DNA of 64,000 nucleotides from Planctomycetota bacterium (GCA_965223845.1 CBDCXR010000004.1:672001-736000), one strand, 5' to 3'; shown: positions 10,129 through 19,510, counted from the first letter of the stretch. Notes: a model not told the origin generated them from the sequence alone. Numbers and translations: made by a program.

Positions 10129-11913
10129 ATGAGCACGACTGCCGGCGATTCCGTCCCTGCTGACAGCCAGCACGGTGATTCCGGTGCGGGGCACTCGGGT
10201 CACGATCACGGCCACGGCGGCGGGCACGGGCATCACGAGCCCGGTCCGATCGGACGCTACATCTTCAGCCGCGATCACAAGACGATCGGGATTCAGTTTT
10301 ACCTGACGTCGATGTTCATGCTGATCATCGGCGGCCTGCTCGCGCTGGGCGTCCGGTGGCGGATTGCTTGGCCCGACGCGGACGTGCCCCTCATGGGGCA
10401 GGTCGACGGGGCCGGCTACGCGATGCTCTTCACGATGCACGCGAGTGTGATGATCTTTTTTGTGATCATCCCGTTCCTCGTGGGTGCGTTCGGGAACTTC
10501 GTCGTGCCGCTACAAATCGGTGCGGCGGACATGGCCTTCCCGTTCATGAACGGCCTTTCCTACTGGATCATGCCGCCCGCGGGCATCGTCATGTTCTTCG
10601 GGTTCTTCCTCGAAGGTGGTGCGGCTGCGGGTGGTTGGACCTCGTATCCCCCGCTCAGCACGATCGCGTCTGCAGGTCAGACGTGCTGGATCATCAGTCT
10701 CATCATCGTCGGAGCCTCATCGGTGATGGGGGCCGTGAACTACATCACGACCGTCGTCAAAATGCGCGCTCCCGGCATGACGTTTTTCCGAATGCCGCTC
10801 ACCGTGTGGTCGGTCTTTATCACCGCGATCCTGATTCTCTTCGGGACGCCGGTCCTCACGTCCGCGCTGATCCTCCTCCTCCTCGATCGCTCGATGGGGA
10901 CGACGTTCTTCACCGGCGATGGGCAGCCACTCCTCTGGCAGCACCTCTTTTGGTTCTACTCTCACCCTGCGGTCTACATCATGATCCTCCCGGCGATGGG
11001 GATGGCTAGCGACATCATCGCCACCTTTGCCCGCCGGGCGATTTTCGGCTACCGCGCGATGGCGTACTCGATGGCCGGAATCGCCGGTCTCGGATTCATC
11101 GTCTGGGGACATCACATGTTCCAGAGTGGGATGAATCCGAAGCTCGGGACGACGTTCATGATCGCGACGATGATGATCGCGCTTCCGTCCGCCGTGAAGA
11201 CCTTCAACTGGCTCGGCACGCTCTGGCGCGGGAATATCATCTTCAGCACGGCGATGCTTTACGCCTGTGGATTCGTCGGCATGTTCGTGATCGGCGGGCT
11301 GAGCGGAATCTTCATGGCAGCCACTCCAGTCGACATCCAGATCCACGATACGTATTACATCGTGGCCCACATCCACTACGTCCTCTTCGGCGGGAGCTTG
11401 ATGGCGATCTTCGGGGGGACCTATTACTGGTTCCCGAAGATGTTCGGCCGAATGATGAACGAGACGCTCGGGAAGATTCATTTCCTCCTCACGTTCATCG
11501 CCTTCAACTGCACGTTCTTCCCGATGCACATCGTCGGCGCGGCGGGGCTGCCGCGGCGCTACGCGGCGTACGCCATCGAGCAGGGGGTCACCGAAACCTG
11601 GGCCCACACGCAGTCGTGGAACGTCTTCATGACCGTTTCCGCGATCGGACTCGGACTCGCGCAGATCCTCTACTTCGTGAACTTCTTCTGGAGTCTCTAC
11701 CGGGGGAAGAAGGCCGACGCGAATCCGTGGAAAGCGAACACGCTCGAATGGCAGGCGCCGTCCCCTCCGCAGCACGTCAATTTCGATCCCGTGCCCGTCG
11801 TCTACCGCGGGCCGTACGAGTACAACTCGCCGGTCGTTGAAGACGACTACCTGCCTCAGACGGTGAAACTCGACGACGAAGCGGCCGCGAGGGAAGCTCA
11901 GCTCGCTCATTGA
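10129..11913 (+). CDS. ctaD: cytochrome c oxidase subunit I (A2-type heme-copper oxidase)
   Basis: DHKTIG, TMHAS, DMAFP, GWTSYPPL, WFYSHPAVY, VWGHHMF, HDTYYIVAHIHYV, GLPRRY. Confidence 0.97.
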   Translation: MSTTAGDSVPADSQHGDSGAGHSGHDHGHGGGHGHHEPGPIGRYIFSRDHKTIGIQFYLTSMFMLIIGGLLALGVRWRIAWPDADVPLMGQVDGAGYAMLFTMHASVMIFFVIIPFLVGAFGNFVVPLQIGAADMAFPFMNGLSYWIMPPAGIVMFFGFFLEGGAAAGGWTSYPPLSTIASAGQTCWIISLIIVGASSVMGAVNYITTVVKMRAPGMTFFRMPLTVWSVFITAILILFGTPVLTSALILLLLDRSMGTTFFTGDGQPLLWQHLFWFYSHPAVYIMILPAMGMASDIIATFARRAIFGYRAMAYSMAGIAGLGFIVWGHHMFQSGMNPKLGTTFMIATMMIALPSAVKTFNWLGTLWRGNIIFSTAMLYACGFVGMFVIGGLSGIFMAATPVDIQIHDTYYIVAHIHYVLFGGSLMAIFGGTYYWFPKMFGRMMNETLGKIHFLLTFIAFNCTFFPMHIVGAAGLPRRYAAYAIEQGVTETWAHTQSWNVFMTVSAIGLGLAQILYFVNFFWSLYRGKKADANPWKANTLEWQAPSPPQHVNFDPVPVVYRGPYEYNSPVVEDDYLPQTVKLDDEAAAREAQLAH

Positions 11914-12003
11914 GCTGAGCGGTTGAGGCGAAGGGAAACCGCGGCGCGCCGGTCGACTCTCCGGTGACTCGCTAGATCAGCTTCGTCCTTTCGTGGGGGC
12001 TCC

Positions 12004-12978
12004 ATGGCCCGAGCGACAAAACTCCTCCTCGTCGGTACGTTTCTCTTGATCGCGCTCGGCGGCGTCGTGACGAGCACCGAGTCGGGTATGGCCGATCCGC
12101 ACTGGCCGTCCTTCGAAGGTGAGCTCGCGCCGTCGATCGAGCGGATGAAGGAGAACCGCGGACTTCTCTTCGAACACACTCACCGCGTGGTGGCCGGGCT
12201 CGTGGCGATCTTCACCTGTGGGCTCGCGGTGGCGATCCGAGCTCGAGACCGACGCAAGTCGGTTCGCCGCCTCGGCTGGAGCGCGGCGGGACTCGTTCTC
12301 TTGATCGCGCTCCTCGGCGGCGCGACCGTCCTCTTCAACACACCACCCGAAATCTCAGTCGTCCACGTGAGCCTCGCGATGCTCTTTCTGAGTCTCGTCA
12401 CGTCTCTTGCCGTCGTGTACGGCCGGAAGTGGCAGCCCGGGCGAGTTTCTCTCCTCGGGGGCGACGCCGACGACGCGCGCTGGCTGCGCGGCGGCGCCAT
12501 CGCCTGCGCGGCGACGGTCTACCTGCAGATCATTCTCGGTGCTGTGCTTCGGCACGCGTACGAAGGAGTGATGCTGCACGTGATCTGGGCGTTTGCGGTG
12601 TTCACCGCCGTCGTGATGGTCGTCGCGCGCGTGTTCTCACGCCACGGAAAGGCGCTCGAGGTCGTGATGCCGGGGCTCCTCCTTGCCGTGCTCGTCCTCG
12701 CGCAGTTCTTTCTCGGTTTCACGGCCTTCGTGTCGCGGCCGGACGGTGTCGACGATGCCGGTTCGCATCTCCACCAGGCCGTAGCGAGTAGCCATCAAAT
12801 CATCGGCGCGGCGATGATGGTCGCCTCCGTCGTGTTCCTCCTCCGGGTCTTCCGCTGCTCTTACGTCGCGGCCCGATCGGAGCTGCCGGCGAAGGAATCG
12901 GCGGCGTATACCGAGACGCCGCTCGACCCGCGCGGCGAGGGACTCGAGTGCGCCGCGGAGGGAGGGACCGGATCGTGA
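12004..12978 (+). CDS. ctaA: heme A synthase (COX15/CtaA family)
   Basis: LGGVVTSTESG..DPHWP, FEHTHR, LLGGATV, VHVSLA; about 8 TM helices; lies within the cox cluster. Confidence 0.85.
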   Translation: MARATKLLLVGTFLLIALGGVVTSTESGMADPHWPSFEGELAPSIERMKENRGLLFEHTHRVVAGLVAIFTCGLAVAIRARDRRKSVRRLGWSAAGLVLLIALLGGATVLFNTPPEISVVHVSLAMLFLSLVTSLAVVYGRKWQPGRVSLLGGDADDARWLRGGAIACAATVYLQIILGAVLRHAYEGVMLHVIWAFAVFTAVVMVVARVFSRHGKALEVVMPGLLLAVLVLAQFFLGFTAFVSRPDGVDDAGSHLHQAVASSHQIIGAAMMVASVVFLLRVFRCSYVAARSELPAKESAAYTETPLDPRGEGLECAAEGGTGS

Positions 12979-13892
12979 GCGACTCGCCGCTGGCTGCATC
13001 CCGTTCGCTCTCGCGGTCGCCCGCCGACCGGTCAACGGGCCTCGTCGCCGATGTCCTCGATCTCACGAAGGCGCGACTCGTCGTCATGGTCCTCATCACC
13101 GCGGCGGCCGGGTACTGGGTGGGCGCGGCGAGCGGTGGCGAACTCGCAGCCGGTCCGTTCGCTCTTCTGCTCGGAGGAATCGCGCTCCTTTCGGCCGGCG
13201 GCGCAGCGTTCAACCACGTCCTCGAGCGACGCGGCGACTCACGCATGCGTCGCACTGAAGCTCGGCCCGTCGTCACCGGCCGCATTTCGCCGAACGCGGC
13301 GTGGACGTTCGGGCTCGTGAGCTCGTCAGTGGGGATCCTCGTGCTCCTCCTCGTCGAGCCGTTCGCCGCGGTCCTCGGGGCGTTCACGGTGTTCTCCTAC
13401 GCTTTTATCTACACGCCGCTCAAGCGAGTAACGCAACTCTCGACACTCGTCGGCGCGGTCCCCGGCGCTCTGCCCCCGCTCATCGGTTGGGCCGCGTCGA
13501 TCGGGGAGATCGGCGCGCCGGGCTGGATTCTCTTCGGCATCCTGTTCTTCTGGCAGCTGCCGCACTTCCTCGCGATCGCGTGGCTCTACCGGCGGGATTA
13601 CCGCCGCGGCGGCTATCCCGTTCTCACGGTCGTCGATCCGACCGGCGGAGCCGCGGCGCGCCAGATGCTGCTCGGCGGGCTCGCGCTCATCGTGTGTAGC
13701 TTGATGCCCGCGGTCGCGGAGATTTGCGCACCGCCGTACTTTGCCGTGGCGCTCGCTCTCGGAACTGGGTTCTTTGCCGCCATCCTCTGGTTTGTGGTGC
13801 GGCGCTCGCAGCGATCGGCGCGCGCGGTGGTTCTCGGCTCGGTCGTCTACCTGCCCGCACTTCTCTGTCTCCTCGTCAGTACGACTCGATAG
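12975..13892 (+). CDS. ctaB: protoheme IX farnesyltransferase (heme O synthase)
   Basis: LTKAR, ERRGDSRMRRTEARP, YTPLKR, GAVPGALPPLIGW, FFWQLPHF. GTG start overlaps the ctaA stop (GTGA). Confidence 0.93.
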   Translation: MSDSPLAASRSLSRSPADRSTGLVADVLDLTKARLVVMVLITAAAGYWVGAASGGELAAGPFALLLGGIALLSAGGAAFNHVLERRGDSRMRRTEARPVVTGRISPNAAWTFGLVSSSVGILVLLLVEPFAAVLGAFTVFSYAFIYTPLKRVTQLSTLVGAVPGALPPLIGWAASIGEIGAPGWILFGILFFWQLPHFLAIAWLYRRDYRRGGYPVLTVVDPTGGAAARQMLLGGLALIVCSLMPAVAEICAPPYFAVALALGTGFFAAILWFVVRRSQRSARAVVLGSVVYLPALLCLLVSTTR

Positions 13893-13946
13893 GCTCGCCT
13901 CGACGGGGGACGAACTCCGATCGGCCTCTCGTTGGCTCGCGATTCC

Positions 13947-14531
13947 ATGACTTCCTATTCCGCCGCGGCTTCCCCCTCGCGCCCGCAGACGATCTCGAAA
14001 GAGAGCTTCGGCATGGTGCTCTTCCTCATCGCGGAGACGATGTTCTTCGCGGCGCTCGCCGGTGCGTATATCGTCCTTCGCATCGCGAAGAAGGGCGAGT
14101 GGCGCCCCGCCGGCCTCGACGATATCGTCTCGGCGATCGTCATCGCGAACACGGTCGTCCTCGCGCTCAGCTCGGTGAGCATGTGGCTCACGCAGATCGC
14201 CGCGAAGCGAAAGGATCCGTGGATGAAGCTCTTTCTCCAGGGGACCCTCGCGCTCGGTCTACTCTTCCTCGCGGGGCAGGCGCTCGAGTTCCGGCGTATG
14301 CTCGAGATCGTGTCGTTCGGCGGAAACCTGTTCGGCTCGGTCTTCTACTCGATCGCGGGTCTTCACGGACTCCACGTCGCCGGCGGAATCCTTCTCCTCG
14401 TGATCGTCCTCTTTCGCGCGTACCGAAAGCCGCGCGAGGAGGTCGTCGTCTGGGTCCGGATGACCGCGGCGTACTGGCACTACGTCGTTCTCGTGTGGGC
14501 GTTTCTCTTCTGGGGGCTGTATGTCTGGTGA
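13947..14531 (+). CDS. ctaE: cytochrome c oxidase subunit III
   Basis: GMVLFLIAETMFF, ANTVVLALSS, FGSVFYSIAGLHGLHV, YWHYV. Confidence 0.9.
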   Translation: MTSYSAAASPSRPQTISKESFGMVLFLIAETMFFAALAGAYIVLRIAKKGEWRPAGLDDIVSAIVIANTVVLALSSVSMWLTQIAAKRKDPWMKLFLQGTLALGLLFLAGQALEFRRMLEIVSFGGNLFGSVFYSIAGLHGLHVAGGILLLVIVLFRAYRKPREEVVVWVRMTAAYWHYVVLVWAFLFWGLYVW

Positions 14532-15240
14532 TCGCGACCGCTCTCCGTCGCGCGTCGATCCCGCTTCGGGCGAGGTCGAAGCGAAGGAAGACCCGAGCTG
14601 GCGCCCCGCGTTCTTGAGCGCGTGTCTCATCCTCACGCTCGGGATTCTGTGTGCGGTGATCTGGTGGCGCGGTCAAGACTCGACTGAGGAGCCGCTTCCC
14701 GTCCTCGGGTCGATTCCCGCGTTCCGCTTTCTCGACCAGAGCGGTGCGGCGTTCGAGCTCGCCGATCTTCTCGGAAAAGTGTGGGTGGGCGATTTCGTGT
14801 TTACGCGGTGCGGGTCGGCCTGTCCGCGGATGGCGCGAACGATGTCTGCGCTCCAGTCCGAGCTCGCCGGGCGCGGCATCGGCGCCGGCGACGTTCGCTT
14901 CGTCTCGTTTTCGGTCGACCCGGCCTACGATACGCCGGATGTCCTCGCCGCGTTCGGAGCTCGCTACGGCGCCGACCCGGCGTCGTGGAGCTTTCTCACC
15001 GGAGCGGACGGAGAGGTCGTCGACCTGAGCCAGAACGGGTTCTTTCTCGCTGCGTCTCAGGGCCGTTCGGGCGGAGCGGCCCACAGCCACAGCGACCGCT
15101 TCGCCCTCGTCGATCGGCGCGGGAGACTGCGCGGCCACTACCAGCCGACCGCGAGCGAGAGCGAGTACCAGCGCCTCCGCGACGACATCCTGCGTCTCCT
15201 CGCGGAGCCTCCGAGCGACGTTGCGGGGGAGGTCGAGTGA
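14521..15240 (+). CDS. SCO1/SenC family copper chaperone
   Basis: N-terminal TM helix, FVFTRCGSACP (CxxxC), SVDPAYDTP, WSFLTG, HSDRFALVD. Confidence 0.9.
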   Translation: MSGDRDRSPSRVDPASGEVEAKEDPSWRPAFLSACLILTLGILCAVIWWRGQDSTEEPLPVLGSIPAFRFLDQSGAAFELADLLGKVWVGDFVFTRCGSACPRMARTMSALQSELAGRGIGAGDVRFVSFSVDPAYDTPDVLAAFGARYGADPASWSFLTGADGEVVDLSQNGFFLAASQGRSGGAAHSHSDRFALVDRRGRLRGHYQPTASESEYQRLRDDILRLLAEPPSDVAGEVE

Positions 15241-15671
15241 AGTGGTACGAAGCTCTGCCGCACCTGAACGCCGCGCTCAACTCGGTGAGCTGCGTCCTTC
15301 TCGTGTGCGGGTACCGGGCAATCCGCTCGCGAGCCGGTACCGAGGCGGAGCGTCGCTCGCGTCACGCACGTCTCATGCTTGCGGCCTTCGGCGTGTCAGT
15401 GCTCTTTCTCGCGTCGTACCTCACGTACCACGGTGTGGTGGGGCACACGAGCTACGAAGGCCGAGGCTGGGTGCGTCCGGTCTATTTCTTCATTCTGATC
15501 ACGCACATCGTGCTCGCCGCTTTTGTGCCGATTCTCGCGTCCCTGACGCTCTACTTCGCGGCTCGCCGCCGGTGGGCCGCGCACCGGAAGATCGCGCGTT
15601 GGACGTTTCCCATTTGGCTCTACGTGTCGTTCACGGGGGTCGCGGTGTACCTGATGCTGTACGTCTTCTGA
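15237..15671 (+). CDS. DUF420 family membrane protein
   Basis: GTG overlaps the SCO stop. LPHLNAALN...FLASYLTYH...YFFILITHIVLA...HRKIARWTFPIWLYVSFTGVAVY is typical of this cox-associated family. Confidence 0.85.
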   Translation: MKWYEALPHLNAALNSVSCVLLVCGYRAIRSRAGTEAERRSRHARLMLAAFGVSVLFLASYLTYHGVVGHTSYEGRGWVRPVYFFILITHIVLAAFVPILASLTLYFAARRRWAAHRKIARWTFPIWLYVSFTGVAVYLMLYVF

Positions 15672-15882
15672 CTCGAGCATCGGCCCGCTGGTCTCATCAG
15701 ACTCCGCTACGACGCCTCAGTAGGAGAATCGAGCATCGGAGGTGTCACCCCTCCGGTCCTCACTGTGCTAAGAGTGCAACTCCGGTCCGTGCCGTGACAC
15801 GTCCTCGTCAGTTCACGCCTTCCGGCGACTCGCCGCTTCGCTCACCGAATCTGGTGAGAAATGCGGGCTAACGGTCCGATCG

Positions 15883-17190
15883 ATGTTTGCTGAGCCGAAG
15901 AAGAAGCCGCACCCGCGACTCGCCGTCTACAGCTTCATCGTGATCGCCGTGGTCGTCGTCCTCGTCGTTCGCGGTGGCACGAAAGGCGGAGACTTCCGTG
16001 CGTATTGGCTAGCGGCGAACGGCCTCCTCGACGGCGACCTCGTTCCGGCGTACGGCGACGCCGAGCGGCCGTTTCAGTACCCACCCTTCTTCGCGTTCCT
16101 GGTCGCTCCCGCGGCGTGGCTTCCCGAGGACGTCGGCCGCTGGCTCTGGTCGGCGCTCAAGGGGGCGCTCGTTCTTCTTCTGTTCCGCGGCGTGCAGCGA
16201 AAGCTCGGATTGGTCGTATCGGCGGAAGCCGCGGTGGCGGGCTTTTTTTTCGCCGTGCGACCGCTCGACAGCGACTTCGCGAACGGCAACGCGAACGTGG
16301 TCGTTCTCGCCCTCGTTCTCCTCGGGTTCGAGTGCGCGCGGCTCCATCGCGACGGCTGGGGCGGGATCGCGTTCGCCTCCGGAATCCTCTCGAAGGTGAC
16401 GCCGGTCCTCCTCCTCCCTTGGGTCGCGGTTCGCCGCCGGTGGCCGCTCCTTCTCCGTACCCTGGTCGCCGTCGCGCTCCTCGGGTGGCTGCTTCCCGTG
16501 CTCGCGCTCGGTTGGGGGGATGCTCACCGCGCGTGGGGCGCGTGGGGGCGCGGGACCCTCTCGATCGTCGATGTGACCTCCGATGCGTACGCGCGCGACG
16601 CGGGTGCGGGGTACGTTCCCGGTCAGAGCCTTCGCGCGCTGTTTCACCGCTTGCTTCGAGCGACCGATGCGACAGCGCACGACGAAGGGAAAGTCGTTTC
16701 CATCAACTGGGTGAACTTCGACAAGCTCACCGTCGACGGAATCTACCTCGCAGTCTCGGCGCTAGTTCTCGGGGGCGTTTGGTTCGCCTTTCGCCGACGA
16801 AACCCCGGGATGCGCGGGGGCTGGACCCCAGGCGAGATCGCGGCGGCGATCGCGCTCGTGCCGCTTCTCGCCCCGCTCAGTCGCAAGGCTCACTTCGTGC
16901 TGCTCTGGCCGGCGGCGGTGCTCGCGTTCGAGGCGTGGTGGCGTTCCTGTGGCCGCCGGCGCTGGCTGGGCGGCGCGCTCTGGGCGTTCGCGTTGGCCGC
17001 TCTCGTCCTAACGAGCCGGGATGTCATCGGAAGGACGGGTTCGCTCTATGCGATGGCGTACTGCCCGTACAGCCTCGCGTCCGTGCTTCTCGTCGCGATC
17101 CTGCTCCACCCCGGTCTCCATCCACCCGCTCCGAGGAGCTTCTCCCTCGAGCGCAGCGTGGGTTACTCGAAGGAGTCGCCCGGAACGTGA
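15883..17190 (+). CDS. polytopic membrane glycosyltransferase, GT87/DUF2029-like
   Basis: GDFRAYW, PFQYPPFFA, NGNAN and SKVTP motifs with about 10 TM helices. Confidence 0.75.
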   Translation: MFAEPKKKPHPRLAVYSFIVIAVVVVLVVRGGTKGGDFRAYWLAANGLLDGDLVPAYGDAERPFQYPPFFAFLVAPAAWLPEDVGRWLWSALKGALVLLLFRGVQRKLGLVVSAEAAVAGFFFAVRPLDSDFANGNANVVVLALVLLGFECARLHRDGWGGIAFASGILSKVTPVLLLPWVAVRRRWPLLLRTLVAVALLGWLLPVLALGWGDAHRAWGAWGRGTLSIVDVTSDAYARDAGAGYVPGQSLRALFHRLLRATDATAHDEGKVVSINWVNFDKLTVDGIYLAVSALVLGGVWFAFRRRNPGMRGGWTPGEIAAAIALVPLLAPLSRKAHFVLLWPAAVLAFEAWWRSCGRRRWLGGALWAFALAALVLTSRDVIGRTGSLYAMAYCPYSLASVLLVAILLHPGLHPPAPRSFSLERSVGYSKESPGT

Positions 17191-17229
17191 CGCGCGACCA
17201 CGCGGGCAGGTGGATGCGTTCGCGCGAAA

Positions 17230-17940
17230 TCAGCGGGCGATCTTCGTGTAAGTCCCGTTGTTGCTCGTCGCGAGCGCTCGCAGGAACTGGTCCTGAAGCG
17301 GCCCGACGTTGAGGACGCCGATGGTATTCACCTGCGCGCGGTTGTAGTTCTGTGACTTGACCGCGCTGAGAGTCGTTTGGAGATAGGTCGATTCGTTTGC
17401 GCCCTTGCACGTCCCGCCGCCATCTCCGACGTAGACGACAACTCGGCGCTGTGAGGGCGCGGAATTGGCGAAGGCGAGCGCGGTCATGAGCCCCTCCTGG
17501 CAGCAGCTTCCGCTCCCGCCCCTGACGGTCTGAACCCAGTTCATCGCCGCGGCCTTCATGGCCGGGCTGGCTTCGGTGGCGCGTCCGCTCGCGGGGAACT
17601 TGAGGATTCCCCGGTCGAAGAAACAAAGTCCGAAGTACACGCGATCCGAGAGCGCCTGAATCATCGTCGAAATCTCGCGCTTGGCGATGTCGAGCTCGCG
17701 CGAGTCCTGCATGCTGCCGGAGCGGTCGACGGCGATGAACGTGCCATCGCCCTCGAAGGTCTGGCCGTAGAACTGAATGATCTCCGACGTGTCGTCGTCG
17801 GTGTCGTCTCCGTCGGAGATTCCCGCGTCGTAGGGGAGGTCGAGGTTGGCTTTGCTTCCGGTCCCGACGAGCGATTGCGCGTTCGCGATGACGCCGAAGC
17901 CGTGAGAAAGAGCGATGGCGATGAGCAGGGAGTAACGCAT
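17230..17940 (-). CDS. secreted single-domain vWA (MIDAS) protein, paralog 1
   Basis: GGAGG RBS, signal peptide ending ANA-Q, MIDAS DRSGS, VYVGDG, VNTIG and C-terminal LATSNNGTY typical of vWA domains. Confidence 0.85.
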   Translation of the reverse strand: MRYSLLIAIALSHGFGVIANAQSLVGTGSKANLDLPYDAGISDGDDTDDDTSEIIQFYGQTFEGDGTFIAVDRSGSMQDSRELDIAKREISTMIQALSDRVYFGLCFFDRGILKFPASGRATEASPAMKAAAMNWVQTVRGGSGSCCQEGLMTALAFANSAPSQRRVVVYVGDGGGTCKGANESTYLQTTLSAVKSQNYNRAQVNTIGVLNVGPLQDQFLRALATSNNGTYTKIAR

Positions 17941-18036
17941 CGGTGAACCTCCTTTAGTTTGTCGAGGTGTGTGCGGATGACTTCGCTCCGCACTCGCGGC
18001 GGGAGTCAGCGACCGTCTCGTCGCGCTCATGCGAAT

Positions 18037-18065
18037 AGACGGGGCTCGCACTCCGAGTCTTGCGC
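18037..18065 (-). promoter_or_regulatory. putative ECF-sigma-type promoter GCGCAAG-N16-CCGTCT upstream of vWA paralog 1
   Basis: Same bipartite motif and 16-nt spacer as upstream of the other two paralogs. Confidence 0.65.
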
Positions 18066-18098
18066 GTCGTGGGCATGAAGTCGGATCGTGATCTCGAC

Positions 18099-18143
18099 AA
18101 AAAAACGAGGCTGACCCGGCTCAGCAAGCCGAGTCAGCCTCGT
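18099..18143 (-). terminator. intrinsic terminator after vWA paralog 2
   Basis: Hairpin ACGAGGCTGACCCGGCT / AGCCGAGTCAGCCTCGT (one mismatch), followed on the minus strand by a T run. Confidence 0.8.
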
Positions 18144-18177
18144 CGTTCCGGAGAAAGCCGGATGCGGATGTCGAATC

Positions 18178-18894
18178 CTAGCGAGAGACCTTCGTGTAAG
18201 TACCGTTGTTGCTCGTCGCGAGGTTTCGCAGGAACTGATCCTGAATGTTTCCGATGTTCAGAACTCCGATCGCATTTACCTGCGCCCGATTGTAGTTCTG
18301 CGACTTGACGACGCTGAGCGTCGTCTGGAGGTAGGTGCTCTCGTTCGCGCCCTTGCACGTGCCGCCACCGTCACCGACGTAGACGACCACTCGTCGCTGG
18401 GACGGCGCGGAGTTCGCAAACGTGAGCGCGGTGATGAGCCCCTCCTGGCAGCAGCTTCCGCCGCCGCCACGCACGGTCTGCACCCAGTTCATCGCCGCGG
18501 CCTTCATCGCGGGGTTCGCCTCGGTGGCGCGCCCGCTCGCGGGAAACTTGAGGAGTCCCTTGTCGAAGAAGCAGAGCCCGAAGTACACGCGATCCGAGAA
18601 CTCTTGGATCATCTTCGAGATCTCGCGTTTCGCGATGTCGAGCTCGCCCGAGTCCTGCATACTGCCGGAGCGATCCACGGCGATGAAGGTGCCGTCGCCC
18701 TCGAAGGTCTGGCCGTAGAACTGAATGATCTCCGGCGCGTCTTCGTCTTCGCCCTCGCCATCGGAGAGGCCGGCGTCGAACGGAAGATCGAGGTTCGCTT
18801 TGTTGCCACCGCCCGTGAGTGTCTGTGCGTTTGCGATCGTCGTGAGCCCGATCGCGAACAGCAGTGCGGTGAGAAGACTCGAAAATCGACCCAT
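18178..18894 (-). CDS. secreted single-domain vWA (MIDAS) protein, paralog 2
   Basis: GGAGG RBS, signal peptide ending ANA-Q, DRSGS MIDAS, VGDG; near-identical to paralog 3. Confidence 0.87.
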   Translation of the reverse strand: MGRFSSLLTALLFAIGLTTIANAQTLTGGGNKANLDLPFDAGLSDGEGEDEDAPEIIQFYGQTFEGDGTFIAVDRSGSMQDSGELDIAKREISKMIQEFSDRVYFGLCFFDKGLLKFPASGRATEANPAMKAAAMNWVQTVRGGGGSCCQEGLITALTFANSAPSQRRVVVYVGDGGGTCKGANESTYLQTTLSVVKSQNYNRAQVNAIGVLNIGNIQDQFLRNLATSNNGTYTKVSR

Positions 18895-19077
18895 GGTGGA
18901 CCTCCTTGTGCTCCTTCACGCCGACACGCGGCGACTTAACTGGCAGCCTCGAGCCGGAATGGCTGGAGACGGACTCGGCTCTCCTCGTCGTTTGGGCGGT
19001 CAAATCCTCCGTTCAGTTTTCCCCTCGCCCCGATCTCGAGCCGCATACGCTCGATCGGGCGGTGAAGTCATCTATTA

Positions 19078-19106
19078 AGACGGACGACAGGGCAGCTTTC
19101 TTGCAC
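19078..19106 (-). promoter_or_regulatory. putative ECF-sigma-type promoter GTGCAAG-N16-CCGTCT upstream of vWA paralog 2
   Basis: Plus strand reads AGACGG-N16-CTTGCAC; shared by all three paralogs. Confidence 0.65.
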
Positions 19107-19427
19107 CGGGGACGCCCCCGCATTATCTAACTATCTGCAAGACATGGGTTTAGGTCGATCGCGGGGCGAGTTTCGGCCTCTACGGGTCAGACCCGGACTG
19201 AGCCTCGATCCCGATCCTCGGAGTGCGCAGTCGCGGTCGGTCGCTGCGGCACTCTGCCGACACCCGACTCCCCGTCCGCCCGCGTCGTGCCGTCTCGCAC
19301 ACCGAGTCGCGCGCGGCACGCGGGTCGTCTTGAGCGCGACGCAACGATCGTCACGGCCGCCTCTCCGCGTCTCCGATGCTGGGCGGGGCCGATCGGAACT
19401 CCGACGGTCGAGGCTCATAGCTCGGCC

Positions 19428-19469
19428 AAAGAAAAAAGCCCCGGCTTCCGCAAGGGAAGCCGGGGCTTT
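19428..19469 (-). terminator. intrinsic terminator after vWA paralog 3
   Basis: Hairpin AAAGCCCCGGCTTCC / GGAAGCCGGGGCTTT with a T-rich tail on the minus strand. Confidence 0.85.
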
Positions 19470-19510
19470 AGTTCACTCGTCGGCGCCGCAGCGCCGGCCG
19501 GAGTGTGTGG

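Noticed and set aside
15770-15810. GTGCAAC...CGTC upstream of the GT87 gene as a fourth copy of the vWA promoter
   Set aside because: The spacing is about 2 nt too long and the -10 does not match CCGTCT.
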